Origin: a bacterium
GTDB lineage: Bacteria > Zhuqueibacterota > Zhuqueibacteria > Residuimicrobiales > Krinioviventaceae
Assembly (NCBI GenBank): GCA_963675755.2
Contig: CAXXMD010000002.1
Coordinates: forward strand, 2,304,001 to 2,368,000
DNA length: 64,000 nucleotides
Reading direction: 5' to 3'
Below the pieces are notes generated by a model that saw nothing but the letters and a program-made list of their open reading frames with translations, had not been told where the DNA came from and did no database searches. The position numbers and the translations under genes were made by a program. The first letter of the stretch is position 1, and each line of letters starts with the position of its first letter. Positions 1-8,266 of this stretch are shown piece after piece.

Positions 1-119
1 GAATTATATGGGGATTTCTGAGCTGGACCGTTCTAAAAATGGTAACAGGTAAAGTCAAACAGATCCCTCCCATGCTGTATGTAATCGACCTGTTTTCTAT
101 TGCCGCACTTTTGGTATAA
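1..119 (+). CDS. 3' end of a probable NCS2-family (AzgA/PbuG-like) nucleobase permease, truncated by the window edge
   Basis: Frame from position 3 reads IIWGFLSWTVLKMVTGKVKQIPPMLYVIDLFSIAALLV then TAA (117-119). This resembles the C-terminus of AzgA-type permeases. Not in the ORF track. Confidence 0.7.
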   Translation, partial: IIWGFLSWTVLKMVTGKVKQIPPMLYVIDLFSIAALLV

Positions 120-220
120 TTCTATTCTGTTTATTAACGCTTCAATTTTATTGGAAAGATTTTTCAATATAATTTGTTGCAATACAAAACAGTTAACCAG
201 AAAATTGAAAAGGATCTAAA

Positions 221-649
221 ATGTCAGAACAGTATCTGGAAGTGACGCAGGAAGCAGGAGCAGCTTTATTCAAAAGAAATATAACAGGAAAAATCGTTAT
301 GCTCAATCTGCTGCGATTTAGAAATGTAGCAGATTATTCAGCAAATCCCGAGCTTGAACCGGAAGCGCCAATAACCGGCGCAGAAGCATTTCAAAAATAT
401 ATTGATCATACTACACCTTATCTGCAAGAAACCGATGGAGAGTTGATTTTTCTGGGTAAAGGCGGTAGCTTTTTAATTGGCCCGCAGGATGAAACATGGG
501 ACCTGGTTATGCTGGTCCGTCAGAACTCACTTGCTGATTTTATGGCTTTCTCATCTCACAAGGAATATCTGGCAGGACTGGGACACCGTACTGCTGCAAT
601 TATAGACTCCAGATTGTTGCCCATTGTAGAGTCAGACTCGGCAATATAA
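221..649 (+). CDS. DUF1330-family (dimeric alpha/beta barrel) protein
   Basis: IVMLNLLRFR ... AFQKY ... WDLVMLVRQ ... Y..GLGHRTAAIIDSRL pattern; AAGGA RBS upstream. Confidence 0.75.
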   Translation: MSEQYLEVTQEAGAALFKRNITGKIVMLNLLRFRNVADYSANPELEPEAPITGAEAFQKYIDHTTPYLQETDGELIFLGKGGSFLIGPQDETWDLVMLVRQNSLADFMAFSSHKEYLAGLGHRTAAIIDSRLLPIVESDSAI

Positions 650-677
650 AATGTGTACTTAATTCAGGACATTTGTT

Positions 678-1493
678 ATGGATAACAAAACACAATCATC
701 TTTACATAAAGGAACAGTAATCTATTTTTCTCATGGCGGCGGTCCCCTCCCTATTCTGGGTGACAAAAGCCACCAGGCCATGAACACATTCATGGAACAG
801 TTACCAGCTACTTTTCCCGAACCGGAGGCAGTTATCGTTATCAGTGCCCACTGGGAAGAAAAGGTACCCACCCTGTTAGGGCACCCCTCTCCTGAAATGT
901 TTTATGATTATTATGGCTTTCCACCGGAAGCGTATAAAATCCAATATCCAGCACCGGGCAATCGTGAACTGGCAGCAAAGATCCGTAATCTTTTATCGGA
1001 TGCTGATATTGAAAGCCAAATCGATCCTAAACGGGGTTTTGACCATGGATTGTTCATTCCCATGAAAATGATGTACCCCAAAGCAGATATTTCCATGCTG
1101 CAGCTTTCACTCATCAGGGGCCTTGATCCGGTCGCACATATTGAGTTGGGTAAAGCACTTAGACCGCTCTTGGATGAAAACATTCTGATTATTGGCTCTG
1201 GTTTTTCCTTCCACAATATGCAGGCATTTGATTGGAGTGGTTCCAACACCGGAGATCCTCAAAATGATGCTTTTCAAAACTGGCTCATAGAGGTATGCTC
1301 AACCCAATATGATTCTCAAACTTCTGTGTCAAAGATGCAGCAATGGGCAATGGCACCCTCTGCAAGATATTGCCATCCCCGTGAAGAGCATTTATTGCCG
1401 TTACATGTCTGTTTTGGTTTAACTGAACATGCTGCATCGGTAGTCTTTGATGATTATATTCTCGGGAAACGCGCTGTCGCATTCAATTGGTAA
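678..1493 (+). CDS. DODA-type extradiol ring-cleavage dioxygenase (LigB/YgiD family)
   Basis: SHGGGP, ISAHWE, RGFDHG, IIGSGFSFHN and HPREEHLLPL motifs. Confidence 0.9.
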   Translation: MDNKTQSSLHKGTVIYFSHGGGPLPILGDKSHQAMNTFMEQLPATFPEPEAVIVISAHWEEKVPTLLGHPSPEMFYDYYGFPPEAYKIQYPAPGNRELAAKIRNLLSDADIESQIDPKRGFDHGLFIPMKMMYPKADISMLQLSLIRGLDPVAHIELGKALRPLLDENILIIGSGFSFHNMQAFDWSGSNTGDPQNDAFQNWLIEVCSTQYDSQTSVSKMQQWAMAPSARYCHPREEHLLPLHVCFGLTEHAASVVFDDYILGKRAVAFNW

Positions 1494-1688
1494 ATTCAGT
1501 AGTAAAGGAATTTATTAAATAAATCCCAATTATTCGTACAGAATTTCAAAATTTATTTTTCAAATTAATATTTGAATCCTACCATATTTTACAATATATT
1601 ACATTTCATCAACTCGTAGATATCTTGGCAATTTATTCCACATACTAGTGAATTGCCAAGCGCATCGTTCCCTTCGAAGGAGTGTTAT

Positions 1689-3614
1689 ATGAAAAAAATT
1701 TCTATTTTTATCATCACTTTGGTTATGGTTTCCAATCTTTTTTCGGGCACCATAAAAATCGATATGGTTCAAAAAGCTGAGCCCATATCTCCATATATTT
1801 ATGGTCAGTTTATTGAACACCTGGGTAAATGTATCTATGGCGGCATTTGGGCAGAAATGTTGCTTGACCGCAAGTTTTATTATCCTGTAACAGACGACTT
1901 TAATCCCTGGGGCACAGCGGATGATCCCTTTTGGCGTGCTGGAGATTTTAAACATTTAGCGGGATCTCCCTGGCAGGTTATTGGCCCCAAAGGTTCGGTT
2001 ACTATGGATACCCAAAATCCCTACACGGGTGAACACACACCGATCATCAAACTAGCGGACAATGGCACGTTTACCGGTATACGACAGGGTGGATTGGAAC
2101 TCGTCAGAGACAAACACTATACCGGCCGCATTGTTCTTTCAGGTGATGCCTCTGCCGCACCTGTTATTGTGCGTTTGACCTCTAAACAGAATACAATGGT
2201 TATTGCAGAGATTACCACACTCTCGGCTGATTATCAAACCTATCCTGTCGAGTTTACTTCCGGCATCAGATCCAATGATATCAGCATTGAAATTGTTAGT
2301 AAAGGTAAAGGTGAATTTCGTATAGGAACGCTCTCACTCATGCCGGCAGACAATATCAAAGGATGGCGCAAAGACGTAGTTGCACTGTTAAAAGAACTGG
2401 ATTCACCGGTTTATCGCTGGCCCGGTGGTAACTTTGTAAGTGGTTACAACTGGCGTGACGGTATTGGAGAGCGAGATAAACGTCCCCCACGGAAAAATCC
2501 TGCATGGAAAGGTGTAGAACATAACGATGTTGGCATTCATGAATATATGGAATTGATGCAGATCATTGATTCTGAACCTTTTGTTGCAGTTAATACCGGA
2601 TTAGGCACAGTTGAAGAAGTCGCGGAAGAAGTGGAATACTTTTTGGGTTCTGTAGATACTCCCATGGGAAAACTGCGTGCGGCAAACGGACACACCGAAC
2701 CCTGGCATGTTGATTTCTGGGCCGTAGGAAATGAGATGTTTGGCAGCTGGCAGCTGGGGCATATGCCGCTATCCGAGTATGTAAAAAAACACAATGAAAT
2801 GGCCAAAGCCATGTGGGCGGTAAATCCGGATATTCAGCTCATTGGTGTGGGCGAAGTTGGTGAATGGAGCGAAATGATGCTCAAAGAATGTGCCGACTAT
2901 ATGAACCTCATCAGCGAGCACATCTATTGCAAAGAGATTGATGATGTTCCTGAACACGTGGCACAGCTCAAGAACGACATCCTGAAAAGGGCCAACGCCC
3001 ATCGTAAATACCGCAAGGAAATCAATGGCCTGGCCGAAAAAGACATCCGTATTGCTATGGATGAGTGGAATTTCTGGTATGGCGATTATATTTATGGCGA
3101 ACTTGGTGTGCGCTATCATTTAAAAGACGCGCTTGGTGTAGCAATGGGACTGCACGAGTATTTCCGTAACAGCGATCTCTATTTTATGGCCAACTATGCC
3201 CAGACCGTGAATGTGATTGGCTGTATCAAAACCACGCCTACCACATCCGGATTTGCAACCACAGGTTTGCCATTAAAACTGTATCGTAAACAGTTTGGCA
3301 CCCTGCCGCTAACCATTTCCGGTGATACCGGAGCGATGGATATTTCCGCGGCTCTGACAGAAGATTCAAGTGCTTTAACCGTTGCGGTAGTGAATCCCAC
3401 TGACAATGCTGAAAAAGTAACGTTGGATCTGGGTGGAACAAAACTTACATCTGCATGTAAATCATGGACAATTCGCCATGATGATCCCAATGCTTACAAC
3501 GTACCGGGATTCTCCCCCGCCGTTTCTATTCAGGAAAGCGATCAGACCCTCAAGAACAACACCCTGATTGTTCCCGGATATGCAATTGTGTTATATCGGT
3601 TCGAATTAAAATAG
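1689..3614 (+). CDS. Secreted alpha-L-arabinofuranosidase, GH51
   Basis: YGQFIEHLG, RWPGGNF, WAVGNE (acid/base), IAMDEWN (nucleophile) and ANYAQTVNVIG. Start moved to ATG 1689, after a GAAGGAG RBS, giving signal peptide MKKISIFII... Confidence 0.92.
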   Translation: MKKISIFIITLVMVSNLFSGTIKIDMVQKAEPISPYIYGQFIEHLGKCIYGGIWAEMLLDRKFYYPVTDDFNPWGTADDPFWRAGDFKHLAGSPWQVIGPKGSVTMDTQNPYTGEHTPIIKLADNGTFTGIRQGGLELVRDKHYTGRIVLSGDASAAPVIVRLTSKQNTMVIAEITTLSADYQTYPVEFTSGIRSNDISIEIVSKGKGEFRIGTLSLMPADNIKGWRKDVVALLKELDSPVYRWPGGNFVSGYNWRDGIGERDKRPPRKNPAWKGVEHNDVGIHEYMELMQIIDSEPFVAVNTGLGTVEEVAEEVEYFLGSVDTPMGKLRAANGHTEPWHVDFWAVGNEMFGSWQLGHMPLSEYVKKHNEMAKAMWAVNPDIQLIGVGEVGEWSEMMLKECADYMNLISEHIYCKEIDDVPEHVAQLKNDILKRANAHRKYRKEINGLAEKDIRIAMDEWNFWYGDYIYGELGVRYHLKDALGVAMGLHEYFRNSDLYFMANYAQTVNVIGCIKTTPTTSGFATTGLPLKLYRKQFGTLPLTISGDTGAMDISAALTEDSSALTVAVVNPTDNAEKVTLDLGGTKLTSACKSWTIRHDDPNAYNVPGFSPAVSIQESDQTLKNNTLIVPGYAIVLYRFELK

Positions 3615-3620
3615 ATTTAT

Positions 3621-3654
3621 TAGCTGACAGCTATTCGCTTCCAGCTGTCAGCTA
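3621..3654 (+). terminator. Inverted repeat just after the GH51 stop codon; probable terminator
   Basis: TAGCTGACAGCT-10 nt loop-AGCTGTCAGCTA. Confidence 0.6.
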
Positions 3655-3732
3655 TAAAACTGTTTGCAATGCAGATCCCTATACCGGGGGATATTTAAAT
3701 TAAATGATTAAAGCAAGTTAATCACTTGTAAT

Positions 3733-4016
3733 CCCGATCGCGATGCAGATCCCTGCATCGCGGAATATTATAATGGGACATTTGTCCCGTTTTTCATTTA
3801 TACAACATTATAAATTAACCAAGGGGCAACACTGATCTTAACGGATTCCCCTTACAAGCCCCTCATTATACGTCGTTAAAACCGGTTCCTGAGTTCGAGT
3901 ACGTCCATCACTGGATGGACGTACGAGAGTATCGAAGGACCGGTTTTGATCTAAAACCCCGATCGCGATGCAGATACCTGCATCGCGGAATATTATTAAG
4001 GGACATTTGTCCCGTT
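3733..4016. repeat. Two ~59 bp direct repeats (3733-3791, 3958-4016), each made of palindrome A (CGCGATGCAG-N4-CTGCATCGCG) plus palindrome B (GGGACA-TT-TGTCCC)
   Basis: Read directly from the sequence. A decayed palindrome A lies at about 3666-3695. Confidence 0.9.
3878..3947. repeat. Long imperfect hairpin (element C), REP-like
   Basis: AAAACCGGTTCCTGAG...GTACGTCCATC-ACTG-GATGGACGTAC...CGAAGGACCGGTTTT. A second copy lies at 25124-25175. Confidence 0.85.
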
Positions 4017-4064
4017 ATTCATGTTTTGATTTTCCCCCTGATTCTTTCAGCGCTGCTCTATAAT

Positions 4065-4457
4065 TTAATTAAAATCACCCAACTTGCGAACAATCCATCC
4101 CGCTACAAACACCTCAAGCAGGCTCAAAGGAATTGCAAATACCAAAAGCCCATAGGGCAAAACATTCAGATTGCCAATGACAACCCACATGAGCACAAAT
4201 CCCGCAAACCACACAAGCAGACAGGATTGCACATAACTGAACTTCTTTGCAAGGATAAATATCAATACTGCCAGCAGCAACGACCATAATCCCCAAACCG
4301 CACCATTAACCGGAGCAGACGGAAAAACAATCCCCAATTTTTCATAATGCTCAATCCAATAGGATTTAAACAGCAGTTCATTACGAACAAATTCGGATAC
4401 TGTGATCCAGAGAAATGCCAGAAACACCGGAAGTATTGTCAATTTTAATATTTTCAT
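4065..4457 (-). CDS. Small integral membrane protein (about 4 TM helices), function unknown
   Basis: 130 aa hydrophobic ORF with a GGAG RBS upstream. Confidence 0.75.
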   Translation of the reverse strand: MKILKLTILPVFLAFLWITVSEFVRNELLFKSYWIEHYEKLGIVFPSAPVNGAVWGLWSLLLAVLIFILAKKFSYVQSCLLVWFAGFVLMWVVIGNLNVLPYGLLVFAIPLSLLEVFVAGWIVRKLGDFN

Positions 4458-4516
4458 TTCATCTCCTACTCATTATAGATCATAAGAAATTAAAACCCAA
4501 GGTCGTATCTGTAAAA

Positions 4517-4545
4517 TTGACCGGCACTTGATAAGTGCCGGTCAA
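4517..4545 (-). terminator. Stem-loop downstream of the PQQ-repeat gene
   Basis: Perfect 13 bp stem: TTGACCGGCACTT-GAT-AAGTGCCGGTCAA. Confidence 0.7.
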
Positions 4546-4567
4546 CTGAAAATAAACGTATATTAAT

Positions 4568-6304
4568 TCAGCTTGTCATCAACTTTAACTGATAAGCCAC
4601 CATCTCTTGTCCATTACGTACCAGCAGTTTGTCTTTAACCACAACCGGATGGTTCCAGGTTTTGCCCTCAATAGCAGGGAATTTGACCAGTTCATGAAAT
4701 CCTTCCGGTACTGCTCGTACCAGCGCAAGCTCGCCTTTTTCTGACAACACAATCATTAAATCCTGCTCGTCCAAAAGGATAAACTGTCCCCGGCCATAAC
4801 GGCCGCCCTTCCACAGGCGCTCACCGGACTTCAAATCCACACAGGTAAGCCCATTTCCATGAAAACCATAGGCATAATCCTGATGAATAACAGAATCATT
4901 AAAATAGGGATTAATCCGCTTCGAGCTCCATTTTTCATTAACGGTCCACTTTCCATTCTCCTGCGCAACGGTTATACATTGAACCCCATTCCGATCATCC
5001 ACACTAATGAGCATTTCACCATCATCTATCAGTGTAGGCTGCACTATGGGATGTCCCTCCCAGGCATGCTGCCAAAGGATATTGCCTTGATCAGGAGTCA
5101 CACTCCTGATCCCTGCTTCATTTAAAAACAGGATCTGTTCAACACCATCAATCTTTGTATAATGCGGAGAGCTGTAACAATCTCCACCGGCATTCAAATT
5201 CCAAATCAGGTCCCCGGTTTCCAGCGTGTAGGCAACAAGAGAACCTGCCGCCGCAACTATAACCTTATCATCAAGCACAAGCGGAGAGGCAGAAAAACCC
5301 CACATGGGAACCTTTGTTTCCGTATCTTTTCCAATATCTCGTGACCATATCACGGATCCGTCCCGCTCATCCAAAACATTCAAAATCCCGGTTGCGCCCA
5401 AAGCATAAACGCGTCCGTTCTCAAGGGTGGGCGTCCCACGTGGACCCGCACCACCATTTGACTCCCAGAAACGGGTTTCATCACTGTGCATCCATAAAGG
5501 TTCACCGGTTTTCAAATCATAACACGCAACGATTTCATCATCGCCACGCTGTTCCTGTGTAAAGAAAAGATTGCCGTGGACTGAAAAAGAAGACCAACCC
5601 GGACCAACAGCTCGTCGCCAGATCTCCTGCGGTGGTGTAACTGACCAACTCGAATCGATAACAACATCGTGCACAATGCCGTTACGTGCTGATCCTCTAA
5701 AGCCTGGCCATTCGGGTTGTAATGTCGAATCAACATCTACAATTTGATGCGGCAACTCTGTTTGGGGATCTACTTTCGCAACCAGTTGTTCTTCAGGACT
5801 TGAAATCCATCGCCAGCTAAAATCAATATGCAAATCGGCAGTTATGCCACCGGTACGCAAAAGCGCCCAGTATCCACAAGCCAGCAAAACCGCAACAACC
5901 ATAGTGATCCGTTTAACAGGTACAGGAAATCGCTGAGAAATTACAGCCCAGATGACAAACAATAAACTTACAAGAGGCGTTGCGTAAACAACAAACATCA
6001 AACCCATCATGCCGTTTGCAATGGATTCATGTAAGACAAGAGGCGTTGCCGCCATGGCCGCAATAATTAACAAAACGCCCAACCAGCGATCTGTTCTAGG
6101 TGCCCGGCTGAAAAACGCCCACCAGAGCACAACAACCAATCCCAAAATCAATCCACCAAATACGGCAACTGCCAGTGCGGCAGGCACAATAATGGGTAAA
6201 GCATATCGGATAAACCATTGTAAAATCACAATCACAATACCGGGCCATAAACGCAAAGATTTTTGATCGGAATTACTAACTTTACTTTTCCTTTGCTTAA
6301 ACAT
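4568..6304 (-). CDS. Membrane-anchored PQQ-like (BamB-like) beta-propeller repeat protein
   Basis: About 5 N-terminal TM segments, then EWPGFRG, repeated D/E..TG..LW blades and a TWNHPVV end motif. Confidence 0.85.
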   Translation of the reverse strand: MFKQRKSKVSNSDQKSLRLWPGIVIVILQWFIRYALPIIVPAALAVAVFGGLILGLVVVLWWAFFSRAPRTDRWLGVLLIIAAMAATPLVLHESIANGMMGLMFVVYATPLVSLLFVIWAVISQRFPVPVKRITMVVAVLLACGYWALLRTGGITADLHIDFSWRWISSPEEQLVAKVDPQTELPHQIVDVDSTLQPEWPGFRGSARNGIVHDVVIDSSWSVTPPQEIWRRAVGPGWSSFSVHGNLFFTQEQRGDDEIVACYDLKTGEPLWMHSDETRFWESNGGAGPRGTPTLENGRVYALGATGILNVLDERDGSVIWSRDIGKDTETKVPMWGFSASPLVLDDKVIVAAAGSLVAYTLETGDLIWNLNAGGDCYSSPHYTKIDGVEQILFLNEAGIRSVTPDQGNILWQHAWEGHPIVQPTLIDDGEMLISVDDRNGVQCITVAQENGKWTVNEKWSSKRINPYFNDSVIHQDYAYGFHGNGLTCVDLKSGERLWKGGRYGRGQFILLDEQDLMIVLSEKGELALVRAVPEGFHELVKFPAIEGKTWNHPVVVKDKLLVRNGQEMVAYQLKLMTS

Positions 6305-6357
6305 CTACTACTCCTGTATAATGTAGAAACACAAAAATTTTGAACCGGAACAAGAGA

Positions 6358-7041
6358 TCAATTGCTCGCAGGTTCTTTAACACCTTTAATTAATAACCAT
6401 AAAGTTAATGAAAACTCGGCAATGACTGCAGGAACAGCCACAAACCAGGCAAACAGCGTTTCATTACCCGGCAAAAGAAAATCACCAAAACTTTCAGTCA
6501 AATATCCAAATGCGGCTATAATCATAAATACACCAAATATTGACGGAAACAAATTCGATTTGTACAATAAATATCCCAGTAAAAACAAATGAACACCAAA
6601 AAACGCCCCGCCCAATAAATAACCATATCCGTGTAAATCCAGAAACAGCATTGCAAGCCCATTCAACTGTTCCTGTCCAAAACCGGACAAATACGCGGAA
6701 CCACTCAACAAAGGCAGTACAACAAAATGATTTAGCAGGTTCACCGCGGCAATTGCAGGATGCGCCAGCAATCTGAATGCAGCAGCAACCAAAGCGATGG
6801 TTTTACCTGCGGGTTTCAACAGTACATAAAACAACATGGCAATTGCAGCATCACACATGAATGCAATTAAATCTGTGGCAAATCCAAGGCGAAACAATCC
6901 CTCAGAAGCCATTATATTATTAGCTGTAGCAGCAGCATCGCCCGACACTATCAAATTTGAACGGACAAATCCCTCACTGAATCCAGCCAGAATAATAACC
7001 ATCAAATATAAAACACCCGTAACTCTTGCTGTCTTTTTCAT
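6358..7041 (-). CDS. DUF4386-family membrane protein
   Basis: TARVTGVLYL ... GDAAATANNI ... FFGVHL ... GYLLYKS ... WLLIKG pattern. Confidence 0.85.
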   Translation of the reverse strand: MKKTARVTGVLYLMVIILAGFSEGFVRSNLIVSGDAAATANNIMASEGLFRLGFATDLIAFMCDAAIAMLFYVLLKPAGKTIALVAAAFRLLAHPAIAAVNLLNHFVVLPLLSGSAYLSGFGQEQLNGLAMLFLDLHGYGYLLGGAFFGVHLFLLGYLLYKSNLFPSIFGVFMIIAAFGYLTESFGDFLLPGNETLFAWFVAVPAVIAEFSLTLWLLIKGVKEPASN

Positions 7042-7062
7042 ATAAATATATCCTTAATTTTA

Positions 7063-8049
7063 TCACTTTTGCAAATGGTCAAGGTTAATCAATACACTTC
7101 CCTTTTTATGACCCGCTTCAACATAACGATGTGCTTCTACAATTTCTTCTATGGGATACAACTTGTCGATAACCGACCGGACCTTTTCCTCTTCTATTAA
7201 TTCTTTTAACAATTCAAGGTCTCTTGCTTTATCCCGGGCTTGTCGCATTCCGGTAAAAGCAATTTCGGCTCTTTTACCTTTGCTATTGGAAGTAAAAAGC
7301 ATCTGCATCATGATTGAAAAATTCAATACTGTTGTTAAATAGATCCCCTTATCTGTCAATATTTTTTTGCACTTGAAAAAGGAGCTTTTGCCTACAGTAT
7401 CAAAAACTACATCATAGGTTTTTCCGGCTTTGGTAAAATCTGTTTGGGTATAATCAATCACAGAATCAGCACCAAGCGATTTTACCAGATCAACATTATC
7501 TGTGCTGCAAACACCGGTCACCTCGGCATCATAATAACGTGCAAGCTGAACCGCAAAAGTACCAATAGCTCCGGATGCTCCAATGATTAATATTTTTTGT
7601 CCATGCTGTAATTTTGCATTGTCCCTTAAAAACGGCAAGGCAACCAGGGCTCCGTCACATACAGCCGCAGCCTGGTTAAAATTCATATTTACCGGTTTTT
7701 TCGCAATGGCATCGTTTTCTGCCAGGGATTGAAACTCTACATAAGCACCCATTGTATCGCCGGATGCGCCATAAACCGTATCACCCGGTTTGAATTTTTT
7801 AACATTTTTACCTACTTTGATAACCGTTCCGGCCAATGCATCGCCTAAAATTTGATTTTTGGGTTTGGTCATCCCCAAAATCATTCTTGTATATCTGGGT
7901 ACTCCCTTTCTAAAAATCACATCCGTCGCACTGATTACTACAGAGTGATTACGAATCAAAACCTGACTTTCCCCCGGTATTGGTGTAACAATATCATGCA
8001 ACTCTAATATCTCGGGAGGGCCATATTTTTTATACAATACAGCTTTCAT
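7063..8049 (-). CDS. NAD(P)-dependent alcohol dehydrogenase / quinone oxidoreductase (MDR family)
   Basis: MKAVLYKKYGPPE start after GGAGG; GASGAIG nucleotide-binding motif; AHRYVEAGHKKG end. Confidence 0.9.
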   Translation of the reverse strand: MKAVLYKKYGPPEILELHDIVTPIPGESQVLIRNHSVVISATDVIFRKGVPRYTRMILGMTKPKNQILGDALAGTVIKVGKNVKKFKPGDTVYGASGDTMGAYVEFQSLAENDAIAKKPVNMNFNQAAAVCDGALVALPFLRDNAKLQHGQKILIIGASGAIGTFAVQLARYYDAEVTGVCSTDNVDLVKSLGADSVIDYTQTDFTKAGKTYDVVFDTVGKSSFFKCKKILTDKGIYLTTVLNFSIMMQMLFTSNSKGKRAEIAFTGMRQARDKARDLELLKELIEEEKVRSVIDKLYPIEEIVEAHRYVEAGHKKGSVLINLDHLQK

Positions 8050-8266
8050 ATATATCATACCTCCGGTATAGTCATTATACATTCATTATTTGTAGATTTG
8101 TACGGGAACTTTAGTACAAGGTTACATTTATAACAAACAAATGCGGTGTATATTTCTGTAAAATGAATCTAAAAGTGAAATGACAAAAAATACATGTGGA
8201 ATTCATTAATGAAGAGAAAATCCCCCGTAAAATCTGGCAGGAACACCCCCGTGTTCTAGCAATATA

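Noticed and set aside
3878-3947. Element C as a hammerhead ribozyme (CUGA...GA-stem-GA)
   Set aside because: The core has three extra bases relative to CUGANGA, GAAA is replaced by GAGA or GAGU, and there is no stem III or cleavage triplet.
3666-4016. CRISPR array
   Set aside because: Only two full repeats about 225 bp apart, irregular spacing, and no cas genes in the window.
3915-4289. 124 aa plus-strand ORF
   Set aside because: Starts inside repeat C, runs through palindromes, and overlaps a better membrane-protein gene on the opposite strand.
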